A stretch of 28,869 nucleotides of DNA from Candidatus Eiseniibacteriota bacterium (GTDB lineage: Bacteria; Eisenbacteria; RBG-16-71-46; DASYSL01), in contig JANPEF010000159.1 in the NCBI GenBank assembly GCA_031431875.1, positions 1 to 28,869 on the forward strand, read 5' to 3'. Made by a program: the position numbers and the translations under genes. The notes below the pieces were generated by a model. The model saw only the letters and a program-made list of their open reading frames with translations, did no database searches and was not told where the DNA came from. Shown in pieces: positions 1-9,131 of the stretch. How positions within the stretch are numbered: the stretch's first letter is position 1; the number at the start of each line of letters is the position of its first letter.

Positions 1-1
1 T

Positions 2-376
2 GCGCTCGTGCGCAAACACGCCGCCGTCCCCGAACGGCGAGAGCTGCAACAGCCCGAAGAACCCGCGGCGCACGAGAAGCTGGCCGCGGTGGGTGAACAC
101 CTGCTCGTAGGCGTAGAACGCGGGCGCGGCATCGCGCGCGAGCGCTCCCGCCGCGCGCCACGCGGCGAGCGTGCGACCGGCAACGGCGTAGCGGCTGCCC
201 TCGCCCGCGGCGGGGTCGTCCTGCGGCAGGATCAGGTGCACGGGGTTGTGGTCACCCGCCGCGAGCCGCGTGCGCTCGGCGGGCGCGATCACGTCGTAGG
301 GCGGCGACAGGCGTTCGGCGATGGCAGCGGCTGGGCCGGCGGGACGCACGGCACGGAACGGCAGGACGACGGGCAT
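2..376 (-). CDS. DUF1015 family protein, 5' part only (runs off the left edge of the window; absent from the ORF track)
   Basis: Manual translation from ATG at 376: MPVVLPFRAVRP...LSPPYDVIAP...HNPVHLILP...FYAYEQVF...RRGFFGLL...VFAHER. PFRA, PPYDVI, YxYxQ, RxGF and HER are typical of DUF1015 N-termini. No stop codon inside the window. Confidence 0.85.
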   Translation of the reverse strand, partial: MPVVLPFRAVRPAGPAAAIAERLSPPYDVIAPAERTRLAAGDHNPVHLILPQDDPAAGEGSRYAVAGRTLAAWRAAGALARDAAPAFYAYEQVFTHRGQLLVRRGFFGLLQLSPFGDGGVFAHER

Positions 377-383
377 GGGCCGC

Positions 384-412
384 AGGATGCCCGGTTCACG
401 CGGTCCTTGCAA
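384..412 (-). promoter_or_regulatory. Putative sigma70-type promoter for the DUF1015 gene (probably leaderless)
   Basis: Minus strand TTGCAA(412-407)-N17-CATCCT(389-384)-N7-ATG(376). No SD in front of the ATG. Confidence 0.55.
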
Positions 413-440
413 GTCCGGGACGCCGCTTCGCACGGGGCGC

Positions 441-469
441 TGGCGATCGTCCCTGTCCCGCGGTAGGAT
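441..469 (+). promoter_or_regulatory. Putative sigma70-type promoter for the DinB-family gene
   Basis: TGGCGA(441-446)-N17-TAGGAT(464-469). SD-like GAGGAG just upstream of ATG 544. Confidence 0.4.
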
Positions 470-543
470 CGCACCGCTCGTCCCCCACCTGCGCCTTCGC
501 GCGGCCCACCACGCGTCCGGCACATGCCGGCGAGGAGTCGATC

Positions 544-1059
544 ATGAACAGGGAATCCATCACCCGAAGCTGGGACTACGTTCGCCAGGTGCAGGGCGTC
601 GGCCTGCGCGCGGTCGCCGCGTTGCCCGAGGCAGCGCTCGACACGCACCCGATCCCGAACATGCGCACGCCGAAGGAACTCGCCGTCCACCTGTTCTCCT
701 GCCTGAACGAGTTCCCACGGGCCGTCCGCGACGGCAGGGTCGGGGACTACGACGGCACCACGGTCGCCTCCAGCCTCCCGTCGAAGGCCGATCTCCTCGC
801 CTGGTGCCGCCGCCAGTGGGAAGAAGGAACTGCCATCGTCCAGACGCTGACCGACGCGCAGATCGCCGGCGTGGTGAAGACACCGTGGGGAAGTGACTTC
901 CCGGGCTTCGTCATGATGCAGATCGCCGAGGACGAGTTCTGGCACCATCGCGGCCAGCTCTACACCTACCTGCGCGCCCTCGGCGTCGAGCCGCCGATGC
1001 TCTACGACTACGAGAACAACGAGGCTGCATTCCAGCCGAAGGCGACCACGAAGGCCTGA
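544..1059 (+). CDS. DinB/YfiT-like (DinB superfamily) protein, possible thiol S-transferase
   Basis: 171 aa with 'MRTPKELAVHL' and 'HHRGQLYTYLRALGVEPP', the hallmark DinB motifs. Good SD (GAGGAG). Confidence 0.88.
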   Translation: MNRESITRSWDYVRQVQGVGLRAVAALPEAALDTHPIPNMRTPKELAVHLFSCLNEFPRAVRDGRVGDYDGTTVASSLPSKADLLAWCRRQWEEGTAIVQTLTDAQIAGVVKTPWGSDFPGFVMMQIAEDEFWHHRGQLYTYLRALGVEPPMLYDYENNEAAFQPKATTKA

Positions 1060-1085
1060 GTCGCGTCGGTCCGACCGAAGCACCG

Positions 1086-1114
1086 GGGCGCCTTCCGGAA
1101 TCCGGGAGGCGCCC
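1086..1114 (+). terminator. GC-rich stem-loop downstream of the DinB gene (possible terminator or mRNA-stabilising hairpin)
   Basis: GGGCGCCTTCCGG-AAT-CCGGGAGGCGCCC forms a 13-bp stem with one G-U pair. It is followed by pyrimidine-rich TCCTCTTCC rather than a clean U-tract. Confidence 0.45.
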
Positions 1115-1151
1115 TCCTCTTCCCCCCACCGCGCCATCGCGCAAGGACCCC

Positions 1152-2960
1152 ATGCCGCTGCTCAGCCTGCAGGACGTCAGCCTGACGTACGCCGGACCGC
1201 CGATCCTCGACGCGGTGCGCCTGTCGATCGACGACGGCGAGCGCCTGGGCCTGCTGGGCAGGAACGGCACCGGCAAGTCGACGCTGCTGCGCGTCGTCGA
1301 GGGCGCGCTCGCGCCCGACGCGGGCCTCGTCGTGCGGACGCCGAGCCTGCGCGTCGCGGCGCTGCCGCAGGACGTGCCGTTCGACCTCGCCGGCACCGTC
1401 GGCGCCTACCTGCACGCGGCCTGCGACGTCGCCGCCAGCGACGCCGGGTGGGAGATCGAGGCGCGCATCGACCAGGCCGCGAGCGACCTCGCGCTCGCGC
1501 TCGAGGCGGACCTGCCCACGCTGTCCGCCGGCTCGAAGCGCCGCGTGCTGCTCGCCGCCGCGCTGGTGAAGGACCCCGATCTCCTCATCCTCGACGAGCC
1601 GACGAACCACCTCGACCTGGCCGCGCTCGAGCACCTCGAGGAAGCCCTCGCCCGCCGTCGCGGCGCGCTGCTGTTCGTCACCCACGATCGCACCTTCCTG
1701 CGCCACCTGGCGACGCGCATCCTCGACCTCGATCGCGGCGTACTGCGTAGCTATCCGCTGGGCTACGACGCGTACGTCGCGAAGCGCGAGGACGAGCGCA
1801 TCGTCGAGGCCGGACAGGCGGCCCTGTTCGACAAGAAGCTGGCCGAGGAGGAGGCGTGGGTCCGCCGCGGCATCAAGGCGCGGCGCACGCGCAACGAGGG
1901 CCGTGTGCGCGCGCTCGAGGCGCTGCGCGGCGAGCGCGCGGCGCGCCGCGACGAGACCGGGCGCGTCGCGGCACAGCTCCAGGTCGCCGAGCGATCGGGC
2001 AAGGTGGTGCTGCGGGTCAAGGACATGTCGTTCGCGTACGACACGCAGCCGATCGTCGCCGGCCTCACGGTCACGCTCCAGCGCGGCGATCGCATCGGCA
2101 TCCTCGGACCGAACGGCAGCGGAAAGACGACGCTGCTGCGCCTGCTGCTCGGCGAACTCGTGCCGCAGTCGGGCACGGTGACTCCGGGCACGAAGCTCGA
2201 GGTGGCGCACTTCGCACAGCTCGCCGACGTGGCCGACGAAACGATGAGCCTGATCGATTGCGTGAGCGAGGGCCGGGAGACGATCCGCGTGGGCGAGATC
2301 GACCGCCATGTCGTCGGCTACCTGCGCGACTTCCTGTTCACCGCCGACCAGATCCGCGGCGCGGTGGCCAAGCTGTCGGGTGGTGAGAAGAAGCGGCTGC
2401 AACTGGCGCGGCTCCTGTCGCGCCCGGCAAACCTGCTCGTGCTCGACGAGCCGACCAATGACCTCGACCTCGAGACGCTCGAGCTGCTCGAGGAACTCCT
2501 GATCGAGTTCCACGGCACGCTGCTGGTCGTCTCGCACGACCGCGCCTTCCTCGACAACGTGGTGACGTCGACTCTCGTCGCCGAAGGCGATGGGCGATGG
2601 GGCGAGTACGTGGGTGGCTATGCGGATTGGTATCGGCAGACGCAGGCGCCGGCCCGGCCTGCGACTTCCAGGGCAGGCAACCGGGCCACTCCGACGACGA
2701 AGGCCGATCGCCCCCCCGCCGACGCTTCGCGTCGGGCGACGTTCAAGGAGCGGAAAGCGCTCGCGGACTTGCCCGCGAAGCTCGAGAAACTCGAGGCCGA
2801 GAAGGACGCGCTGTTCGAGCGGATGGGCTCCCCCGACTTCTACCGCTCGCCGGCCGGGGAGATCGCGCGGGCGAAGGAGCGGCTGGCCGCCCTCGACGAC
2901 GCGATCCACGAGACGTACTCGCGCTGGCAGGAGCTCGAGGCGATCGTCGGGAGCGGCTAG
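1152..2960 (+). CDS. uup: ABC-F family ATP-binding protein, Uup-like
   Basis: Two ABC domains (GRNGTGKST/LSAG/LDEPTNHLD and GPNGSGKTT/LSGGE/LDEPTNDLD), the Uup-type linker 'EEAWVRRGIKARRTRNEGRVRAL', a C-terminal coiled coil ending 'RWQELE', and no TM segments. Confidence 0.92.
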   Translation: MPLLSLQDVSLTYAGPPILDAVRLSIDDGERLGLLGRNGTGKSTLLRVVEGALAPDAGLVVRTPSLRVAALPQDVPFDLAGTVGAYLHAACDVAASDAGWEIEARIDQAASDLALALEADLPTLSAGSKRRVLLAAALVKDPDLLILDEPTNHLDLAALEHLEEALARRRGALLFVTHDRTFLRHLATRILDLDRGVLRSYPLGYDAYVAKREDERIVEAGQAALFDKKLAEEEAWVRRGIKARRTRNEGRVRALEALRGERAARRDETGRVAAQLQVAERSGKVVLRVKDMSFAYDTQPIVAGLTVTLQRGDRIGILGPNGSGKTTLLRLLLGELVPQSGTVTPGTKLEVAHFAQLADVADETMSLIDCVSEGRETIRVGEIDRHVVGYLRDFLFTADQIRGAVAKLSGGEKKRLQLARLLSRPANLLVLDEPTNDLDLETLELLEELLIEFHGTLLVVSHDRAFLDNVVTSTLVAEGDGRWGEYVGGYADWYRQTQAPARPATSRAGNRATPTTKADRPPADASRRATFKERKALADLPAKLEKLEAEKDALFERMGSPDFYRSPAGEIARAKERLAALDDAIHETYSRWQELEAIVGSG

Positions 2961-3496
2961 GCGAGTCGCCGGATCGCGAGCGTCCCGGAGAGCACTTCGC
3001 CGCCGACCGTGAGGTAGAGCACCGAGTCCGCCACCGACAGCTCGAACGCGAGGCGCCGCTCGAGGTGCTCCACCAACGCGGCCACGAGGCCGCGATCGAA
3101 CGCGTACAACTCGACGTGCTCCGCGCGGTGGATCTTCGCGCCGGCGAGCGAGTCCCAGTAGCGCGCCGCGTCGGTGTGCGTGTACACGGCGACGCGTGGC
3201 GCCGCCTTGCTCGCGCGGTGCAGGCGCGCTGCGTCGGGCGTGCCGATCTCGATCCACGCCTCGAGCTTCCCCGTGAGGTCGCGCACTTCGAGCGCCGGCT
3301 GGTCGGGGTCGGACAGGCCCTTCGAGAACGCGAGACCCTCGCGCTGCTCGAGCGCGAATGCGAGCACGCGGGCGCACAGGAACTCCTCGGTCTCGGAGGG
3401 ATGGCGCGCGACGCGCAGCTCGATCGTCTCGTAGACGCTGCGATCGACGTGCGACAGGGCGATCGTGAAGTTGTGGACGGTCGCACCCTGGCTCAC
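2957..3496 (-). CDS. yaeQ: YaeQ family protein
   Basis: GTG start at 3496 overlaps the upstream TGA (GTGA). Sequence 'SQGATVHNFTIALSHVDRSVY...VARHPSET...RVLAFALE...FSKGLSDPDQP...WIEIGTPD..RLHRASK' is typical YaeQ. Confidence 0.88.
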   Translation of the reverse strand: MSQGATVHNFTIALSHVDRSVYETIELRVARHPSETEEFLCARVLAFALEQREGLAFSKGLSDPDQPALEVRDLTGKLEAWIEIGTPDAARLHRASKAAPRVAVYTHTDAARYWDSLAGAKIHRAEHVELYAFDRGLVAALVEHLERRLAFELSVADSVLYLTVGGEVLSGTLAIRRLA

Positions 3497-4080
3497 GCGG
3501 CGCCGCCGCGGTCCGGGCCCGCATGCCGCGACGCCCACTCGGGAGCGAGCAGTCCCAGGAAGATCGAATCGCTGACCTCGCCCGCCACCTGCCAGCGCTG
3601 CCGCAGGAAGCCCTCGCGAGCGAAGCCCAGCCGCTCGAGCGACTTCACCGAGGCGAGGTTGCGCGGATCGACGTCGGCCTCGACCCGGTGGAGGCCGAGC
3701 GGACCGAAGCCCCAGTCGAGCAAAGCGGTCAGCGCCTCGTGCATGAGGCCCTTCCCCCACGCCTCGCGCGCCAGGATGTAGCCCATCTCGGCCCGGCGGT
3801 TCTGCGCGTCGATGGCGAACAGCGTGCAGCTGCCGATCATCGCGCCGCCCTCGCGCGGCACGAGCGCGAAGCGGACCGCCTCGCGCGCCGCAAACGCGGC
3901 CGCCCCGCGGGCGAGCATCGCATCGGCCTGCGCCGGCTCCGTCCACGGCGGCGCGCCCCAGTAGCGCATCGTCGCGGGGTCGGTGAACAGCGCGTACAGC
4001 GCGTCGATGTCGCCGTCGTGATGCATGCGGAGCAGGAGCCGTTCCGTCGCGAGTTCGGGAGGGAGCGTCGGGAAGGCCAT
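3493..4080 (-). CDS. GNAT N-acetyltransferase, RimJ/RimL family
   Basis: From ATG 4080: 'LATERLLLR...DPATMRYW...AEMGYIL..EAWGKGLMHEAL...LGLHRVEADVDPRNLASVKSLERLGFAREG'. Confidence 0.9.
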   Translation of the reverse strand: MAFPTLPPELATERLLLRMHHDGDIDALYALFTDPATMRYWGAPPWTEPAQADAMLARGAAAFAAREAVRFALVPREGGAMIGSCTLFAIDAQNRRAEMGYILAREAWGKGLMHEALTALLDWGFGPLGLHRVEADVDPRNLASVKSLERLGFAREGFLRQRWQVAGEVSDSIFLGLLAPEWASRHAGPDRGGAA

Positions 4081-4088
4081 CGCCGCGC

Positions 4089-4934
4089 TCAGCCCCGCGG
4101 CCTTGCGAGGGGCCCGTAGAACGCAGGCCGGCGATCGCGCATCAGGTCGTTGCGCGCCGTGAAGCGCTTGTTTCGCGCCCGCGCCAGGTCGAGGTCGGCG
4201 ACCAGCGCTCTCGGCGCACGCGCCCCCGCCGCCGCGAGCACGACGCCGTTGACGTCGACGATCTGGCTGCAACCCGTGAACGAGATCGTCCCGCCGGGCC
4301 GCACGTCGGCGCCGGCGCGATTCGCGGTCACGGCGTAGACGCGGTTCTCGAGCGCGCGCACACGCATCGCCTGCTGGGCGAACGCGGGCACCACGAGGTT
4401 CGACGGATGGGCGATCACGTCGGCGCCGGCAAGCGCCAGTACGCGCGCGATTTCGGGGAAGCGCCAGTCGTAGCAGACGAGCATCCCGACCCGTGCCGGG
4501 CCGACATGGGTGACGCGCGGCGCGCGGTCGCCGGGTGCGAACCACAGCTTCTCGGTGTCGAACAGGTGAAGCTTCCGGTAGACGTCCTTGACGCGGCCGT
4601 CGGGACCGATGAGCGCGGCGCTGTTGTAGACCTTCCCGCCCGGAGCGCGCTCGGGAAAGCCGACGATCGCGTGCGTGCGACTGGCCTTCGTCCAGGCGGC
4701 CAGGGCGGAGAGGCCTGGGGCGGCAGGATCGTCCGGCGCCTCGGCCAGCGCGCGTGCCTCGGCCCGCGACGCGAACGCGTAGCCGGAGAACGCCAACTCG
4801 GGGAACACGTAGAGGTCGGCCGCGGGCGTGACGCGCCCGGCGAGTGCGAGCGCGCGGCGCACGTTGCCGGCCACGTCGCCGAACACGGGCCGGGTCTGCA
4901 GCGCGGCGACGCGCAGGATCGGCGGGCGATTCAT
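4089..4934 (-). CDS. Carbon-nitrogen hydrolase (nitrilase superfamily amidase)
   Basis: Glu-Lys-Cys triad motifs 'VFPELAFSGY', 'YRKLHLF' and 'VCYDWRFPE', plus 'RALEN'. ATG 4934 overlaps the upstream stop (ATGA). Confidence 0.9.
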   Translation of the reverse strand: MNRPPILRVAALQTRPVFGDVAGNVRRALALAGRVTPAADLYVFPELAFSGYAFASRAEARALAEAPDDPAAPGLSALAAWTKASRTHAIVGFPERAPGGKVYNSAALIGPDGRVKDVYRKLHLFDTEKLWFAPGDRAPRVTHVGPARVGMLVCYDWRFPEIARVLALAGADVIAHPSNLVVPAFAQQAMRVRALENRVYAVTANRAGADVRPGGTISFTGCSQIVDVNGVVLAAAGARAPRALVADLDLARARNKRFTARNDLMRDRRPAFYGPLARPRG

Positions 4935-5632
4935 GACCGCGCCTCCACGGCCGCCCGAAATCCCGCCGCGGCCGGGGCTTCGAGGAATGCATGAAGTGCC
5001 GCCTGCATCTCGGGCAGGCGCTCCACGAAGAAGTGGTCGGCACCCTCGATCAGGAACTTCGCCTTGGGCTCGGCCCAGGCGGGCCACGCGCTCTCGAGCT
5101 CGGCCAGCGGGCAGAGCTCGTCGTTGGTGCCCTGGACGACGCCCTTGGGCGTGTCGCACAGCGCCAGGTGCGAGAAGTCGCGCCGGCCCACGCCGGGGGC
5201 GACGGCCCACAGCAGGCGTACGCGCGGATCCGCGGGCCCGTGGTGGAGCACGATCGAGCCGCCGAAGGAGAACCCCGCCAGCGCCACCGGGACGCCCGGA
5301 TGCTGCGCCGCGAGCCAGTCGATCGCGGCGGCCGCGTCCTGCCGCTCGCCGTCGCCGTCGTCGTGCGTGCCGGGGCTCGCGCCGACGCCGCGGAAGTTGA
5401 AGCGCAGCGTGGCGAAGCCCGCCTGCTGGAACGCCTCGGCGGTGCGGAAGACGACCTTGTTGTGCATGGTGCCGCCGAACAGCGGATGGGGATGGCAGAT
5501 CACCGCGACCGCGCGGGGTGCGACGCCCTCGACGAAGTCGTACAGACCCTCGAGGGCGCCGATCGCCGACGCGATCTCGACGCGCCGGACGCGCGCTTCC
5601 GCGGGCCGGGCGACGGGGACGCCGGAACTCAC
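4931..5632 (-). CDS. Alpha/beta-fold hydrolase (HPHPxxGG family)
   Basis: '[16 protein letters not shown]', 'FNFRGVGAS', nucleophile elbow 'GFSFGG', 'GTNDEL', 'GADHFF'. GTG 5632 overlaps the typA stop (GTGA). Confidence 0.88.
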   Translation of the reverse strand: MSSGVPVARPAEARVRRVEIASAIGALEGLYDFVEGVAPRAVAVICHPHPLFGGTMHNKVVFRTAEAFQQAGFATLRFNFRGVGASPGTHDDGDGERQDAAAAIDWLAAQHPGVPVALAGFSFGGSIVLHHGPADPRVRLLWAVAPGVGRRDFSHLALCDTPKGVVQGTNDELCPLAELESAWPAWAEPKAKFLIEGADHFFVERLPEMQAALHAFLEAPAAAGFRAAVEARS

Positions 5633-7500
5633 GTCCCCGCCTGCTCCACTTCGGCCGTGACGGTGGACTCGTAGCGCTTCCACTTGGGGCGCATGTTCGC
5701 CTGCAGGACGCGCTTGCGCACGCGGATCGAGACCGGCGTGACCTCGGCCAGCTCGTCCTCGCGGATCCACTCGAGCGTCTGCTCGAGCGACATGACCTTC
5801 GGCGGCACGAGCTGCAGCGCCTCCTCCGAGCCCGAGGCGCGCATGTTCGACAGCTTCTTCTCCTTCGTCACGTTGACGTCCATGTCGTCCTGGCGCGCGT
5901 TCTCGCCGACGACCATGCCCTCGTACACCACGTCCGTCGGGTGGACGAAGATCACGCCGCGCTCCTGCAGGTTCTCGATCGCGTGGCCGGTGGCCTTCCC
6001 GGTGCGGTCCGCGACCAGCGCTCCGGTCTGGCGGTGCGGGATATCGCCGACCCACGGCCGGTAGCCCGAGAAGATGTGGTGCAGGAGGCCGGTGCCGCGC
6101 GTGTCGGTGAGAAACTCGTTGCGGAAGCCGATCAGGCCGCGCGCCGGCACGTCGAACTCGATGCGCACGCGCCCGGTGCCGTGGTTCACCATCTTGGTCA
6201 TGCGGCCCTTGCGCGGCGCCAGCTTCTGCGTCACGACGCCCAGGTGCTCCTCGGGGCAGTCGACGACCAGGTGCTCGTACGGCTCGTGGACCTTGTCGTC
6301 GATCTTCTTGGTGATCGTCGTCGGCTTGCCGACCGACAACTCGAAGCCCTCGCGGCGCATCATCTCGATCAGGATCGCCAGCTGCAGCTCGCCGCGACCC
6401 GAGACCTTGAACGCGTCGGGCGTCTCGGTGTCCTCGACGCGGATTCCGACGTTGGTCAGCAACTCCTTCTCGAGGCGCTCGCGGATCGAGCGCGAGGTCA
6501 CGTACTTGCCCTCGCGGCCGGCGAACGGCGAGTTGTTGATGCTGAAGATCATCGACACGGTCGGCTCGTCGATGGCCACGACCGCGAGCGCGATCGGGTT
6601 CTCGGGATCGGCCAGCGTGTCGCCGATCGAGACGCCGTCGACGCCCGCGAGCGCGATGATGTCGCCGGGACCCGCCGACTCGGCTGCCACGCGCTTCAAG
6701 CCCTCGAACGTGTAGAGCTGGGTGATCTTGTGCGTCTTGCCCACGGCGGCCGGCGTGCAGGCGGTGACCCGGTCGTTGACCGAGATCGTGCCGTTGGTGA
6801 TGCGGCCGATCAGCAAGCGGCCGACGAAGTCGTCGTAGCCCAGGTTGTTGACCGCGAACTGGAAGCCGTGACCGGGCTCGTGGCGCGGGGCGGGCATGTG
6901 CTCGACGATCGCCTCGAACAGCGGCTTCAGGGTCTCGTCCTCGCCTTCGGCGGTGCGGCGGCAGGTGCCGGCGCGCGCATTCGTGTAGAGCACCGGGAAG
7001 TCGAGCTGGTCCTCGTGCGCGTCGAGGTCGATGAACAGGTCGTAGATCTCGTTCAGCACCTCGGCCGGGCGCGCGTCCTTGCGGTCGATCTTGTTGATGA
7101 CGACGATCGGCTTGAGGTTGAGCTCGAGCGCCTTCTGCAGCACGAAGCGCGTCTGCGGCAGCGGACCCTCGGACGCGTCGACGAGCAGCAGCACGCCGTC
7201 GACGAGCTGCAGCGTGCGCTCGACCTCGCCGCCGAAGTCAGCGTGGCCCGGCGTGTCGACGATGTTGATCTTGGTGTCGCCGAAGTGCACCGACGTGTTC
7301 TTGGCGAGGATCGTGATCCCCTTCTCGCGCTCGAGGTCGTTCGAGTCCATCACCCGCTCCACGATGTGCTCGTGGGCGCGGAACGTGCCCGCCTGGAAGA
7401 GCAGGGCGTCGACCAGCGTGGTCTTGCCATGGTCGACGTGGGCGATGATGGCGATGTTGCGCAGGTCGGAACGAACGGCGGCGGCAGCCGGAGACGACAC
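5629..7500 (-). CDS. typA: Translational GTPase TypA/BipA
   Basis: '[18 protein letters not shown]', '[18 protein letters not shown]', '[14 protein letters not shown]', 'NKID', '[18 protein letters not shown]', '[10 protein letters not shown]'. GTG at 7500 is preceded by a strong SD (GAGGAGG). Confidence 0.97.
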   Translation of the reverse strand: MSSPAAAAVRSDLRNIAIIAHVDHGKTTLVDALLFQAGTFRAHEHIVERVMDSNDLEREKGITILAKNTSVHFGDTKINIVDTPGHADFGGEVERTLQLVDGVLLLVDASEGPLPQTRFVLQKALELNLKPIVVINKIDRKDARPAEVLNEIYDLFIDLDAHEDQLDFPVLYTNARAGTCRRTAEGEDETLKPLFEAIVEHMPAPRHEPGHGFQFAVNNLGYDDFVGRLLIGRITNGTISVNDRVTACTPAAVGKTHKITQLYTFEGLKRVAAESAGPGDIIALAGVDGVSIGDTLADPENPIALAVVAIDEPTVSMIFSINNSPFAGREGKYVTSRSIRERLEKELLTNVGIRVEDTETPDAFKVSGRGELQLAILIEMMRREGFELSVGKPTTITKKIDDKVHEPYEHLVVDCPEEHLGVVTQKLAPRKGRMTKMVNHGTGRVRIEFDVPARGLIGFRNEFLTDTRGTGLLHHIFSGYRPWVGDIPHRQTGALVADRTGKATGHAIENLQERGVIFVHPTDVVYEGMVVGENARQDDMDVNVTKEKKLSNMRASGSEEALQLVPPKVMSLEQTLEWIREDELAEVTPVSIRVRKRVLQANMRPKWKRYESTVTAEVEQAGT

Positions 7501-7593
7501 GAATACTCCTCCTCGCGGGGGTCGGAAACAGGCGCTCAGATCGACGGGATTGCGGCGAAACGAACGGGCCGGACGGGGCCGGTGGGCACGGGG

Positions 7594-7622
7594 AGAATGC
7601 CCCAAAACGAGAAGTTTTGCAA
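7594..7622 (-). promoter_or_regulatory. Putative sigma70-type promoter for the typA operon
   Basis: Minus strand TTGCAA(7622-7617)-N17-CATTCT(7599-7594) in a locally AT-rich intergenic patch. Confidence 0.55.
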
Positions 7623-7645
7623 GGGGTTGCGCCCCCTGCTACACT
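7617..7645 (+). promoter_or_regulatory. Putative sigma70-type promoter (extended -10) for the DUF2231-fdhD run
   Basis: TTGCAA(7617-7622)-N17-TACACT(7640-7645), with TG at 7637-7638 (TGn extended -10). Confidence 0.65.
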
Positions 7646-7718
7646 CCCGCCCGCGCGTCGGCACGGGGGGGCGACGCGCTGCGTCCCACGCCTCGACCCG
7701 GCGGTCGATGGAGGATCC

Positions 7719-8246
7719 GTGCAGAATCCGCATCCGTTGCTGGTTCATTTTCCGATCGCGTTCCTCATTGCCTTCGCCGTCTCCGCCCTGCTTCTGCTCG
7801 TCCTGCCCCATCCCGGCCTCGATCGCTTCGCCCGCGCCAGCCTGTTCGTCGGCACCGCCGCCGCCGCCCTGGCCGTCGTCTCCGGGTTCTTCGCCGAGCA
7901 GACGGTCGCCCCCGTACGGGTCGCCGCCGAGACCATCGGCACACATCGATTCCTCGCCTACGGCACGCTGCTCGTCGCCGCTGCGCTCACCGGGCTGGCC
8001 GTGATCGCCCCGCGCCACCCCGCGCGGGCCGGTCGCTTCCGCGCAGCGCAGGGCGCGGGCGCGCTCGCCTTGCTCGTGCTCGTGGTGATGACCGGGCGCG
8101 AGGGCGGCGAGCTGGTGCACGAGTTCGGCGTCGGCACGGCGCTGACCGCGCCCGGCGGCTCCTCGCACGACGTGGGCGCGCCGAGGCGCGGGGCTCCGCC
8201 GGCGACGAACGATGCTCCGGCGCCCTCGGGCAAGGACTTCCGGTGA
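7719..8246 (+). CDS. DUF2231-family membrane protein
   Basis: GTG 7719 after SD GGAGG. 'HPLLVHFPIA', about 4 hydrophobic helices, a further His ('IGTHRFLA') and 'TGREGGELVHEFGVG' are typical of DUF2231. Confidence 0.8.
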   Translation: MQNPHPLLVHFPIAFLIAFAVSALLLLVLPHPGLDRFARASLFVGTAAAALAVVSGFFAEQTVAPVRVAAETIGTHRFLAYGTLLVAAALTGLAVIAPRHPARAGRFRAAQGAGALALLVLVVMTGREGGELVHEFGVGTALTAPGGSSHDVGAPRRGAPPATNDAPAPSGKDFR

Positions 8247-9106
8247 GCATCGTGTCCACCCCGCTGCGTCCCGGACGCGATGTCACCGTCAATCGCATGG
8301 CCGTCCGCCCCGGCGGCATCCGCGAATCCGAGGATCGCGTCGCCGCCGAGGAGCCGCTCGAGATCCGGGTCGGCGGCCGTCCGCTGGCCGTGCTCATGCG
8401 CACGCCCGGCGACGACGAGGCGCTCGCCGCCGGGTTCCTGCTGACCGAGGGCCTGATCCGCGGCCCCGAGGACCTCGAGCGCATCGCCCACTGCACCGAC
8501 GTCCCGCCCGAGGCGATGACGAACGTGATCGACGTCACGCTCGCCGCCGGCGTGCCTGATCCGCTCGAGAAAGGCCGTCGCGCGTTCTACGCCTCATCGT
8601 CGTGCGGCATCTGCGGCAAGGCGTCGATCGAGGAGGTGCGACTGCAGGCCGCGCCATTGCCGCTCGGGCTCACCATCGCGCCCGACGCGCTGCCCCGCCT
8701 CGTGCCCGCGCTGCGCACGGCGCAGGTCACGTTCGAGCGCACCGGCGGGTTGCACGCCGCCGGGCTTTTCCGCTTCGACGGCACGCTCATCGCGACCGCC
8801 GAGGACGTCGGCCGGCACAACACGGTTGACAAGATCGTCGGCGGCCGCCTGCTGCTCGGCGAATCGTCGCTGGCCGAGCGCCTGCTGCTGGTCTCGGGCC
8901 GCGTCGGCTTCGAGATCGTGCAGAAGGCGTGGCTCGCCGGCATCCCCGCGGTCGCGGCGGTATCGGCGCCGACCAGCCTCGCGGTCGAGCTGGCGCAAAC
9001 CGCGGGCATGACGCTGGTCGGCTTCCTGCGCGGCGAGGATTACAACGTGTATGCCGGCCCCGAACGACTCGGCCTGGGGGCGATGGGCCGGGGCGCTTCC
9101 CACTGA
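8243..9106 (+). CDS. fdhD: Formate dehydrogenase accessory sulfurtransferase FdhD
   Basis: 'EEPLEIRV', 'MRTPGDD', 'GFLLTEG', 'SSCGICGK', 'TGGLHAA', 'EDVGRHN', 'SGR', 'AVSAPTSLAVELA'. GTG 8243 overlaps the upstream TGA. Confidence 0.93.
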   Translation: MSIVSTPLRPGRDVTVNRMAVRPGGIRESEDRVAAEEPLEIRVGGRPLAVLMRTPGDDEALAAGFLLTEGLIRGPEDLERIAHCTDVPPEAMTNVIDVTLAAGVPDPLEKGRRAFYASSSCGICGKASIEEVRLQAAPLPLGLTIAPDALPRLVPALRTAQVTFERTGGLHAAGLFRFDGTLIATAEDVGRHNTVDKIVGGRLLLGESSLAERLLLVSGRVGFEIVQKAWLAGIPAVAAVSAPTSLAVELAQTAGMTLVGFLRGEDYNVYAGPERLGLGAMGRGASH

Positions 9107-9131
9107 TCCGCCCCCCGGAGGTCCTCGTTCC

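Noticed and set aside
8..466. 152-aa plus-strand ORF at the window start
   Set aside because: Shadow of the minus-strand DUF1015 gene, which has recognisable motifs.
517..530. Inverted repeat CCGGCA-CA-TGCCGG upstream of the DinB SD
   Set aside because: Six-bp GC-rich arms are expected by chance here, and I saw no second copy or adjacent regulator gene.
1008..3524. 838-aa minus-strand ORF and similar long ORFs (5518-8004 +, 15721-17397 +, 24778-26421 +, 8787-10340 -, 19379-20740 +, 21336-22841 +)
   Set aside because: Antisense shadows of well-supported genes. Stop codons are scarce at this GC content, and the translations are Arg/Ala/Gly-rich with no family motifs.
7650..7718. Hairpins in the DUF2231-fdhD leader (GCGCGTCG/CGACGCGC; TCGACC/GGTCGA) considered as a Moco/Wco riboswitch
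   Set aside because: The leader is only about 70 nt and lacks the multi-stem layout and GNRA-capped stems I would expect. An Rfam cmscan would settle it.
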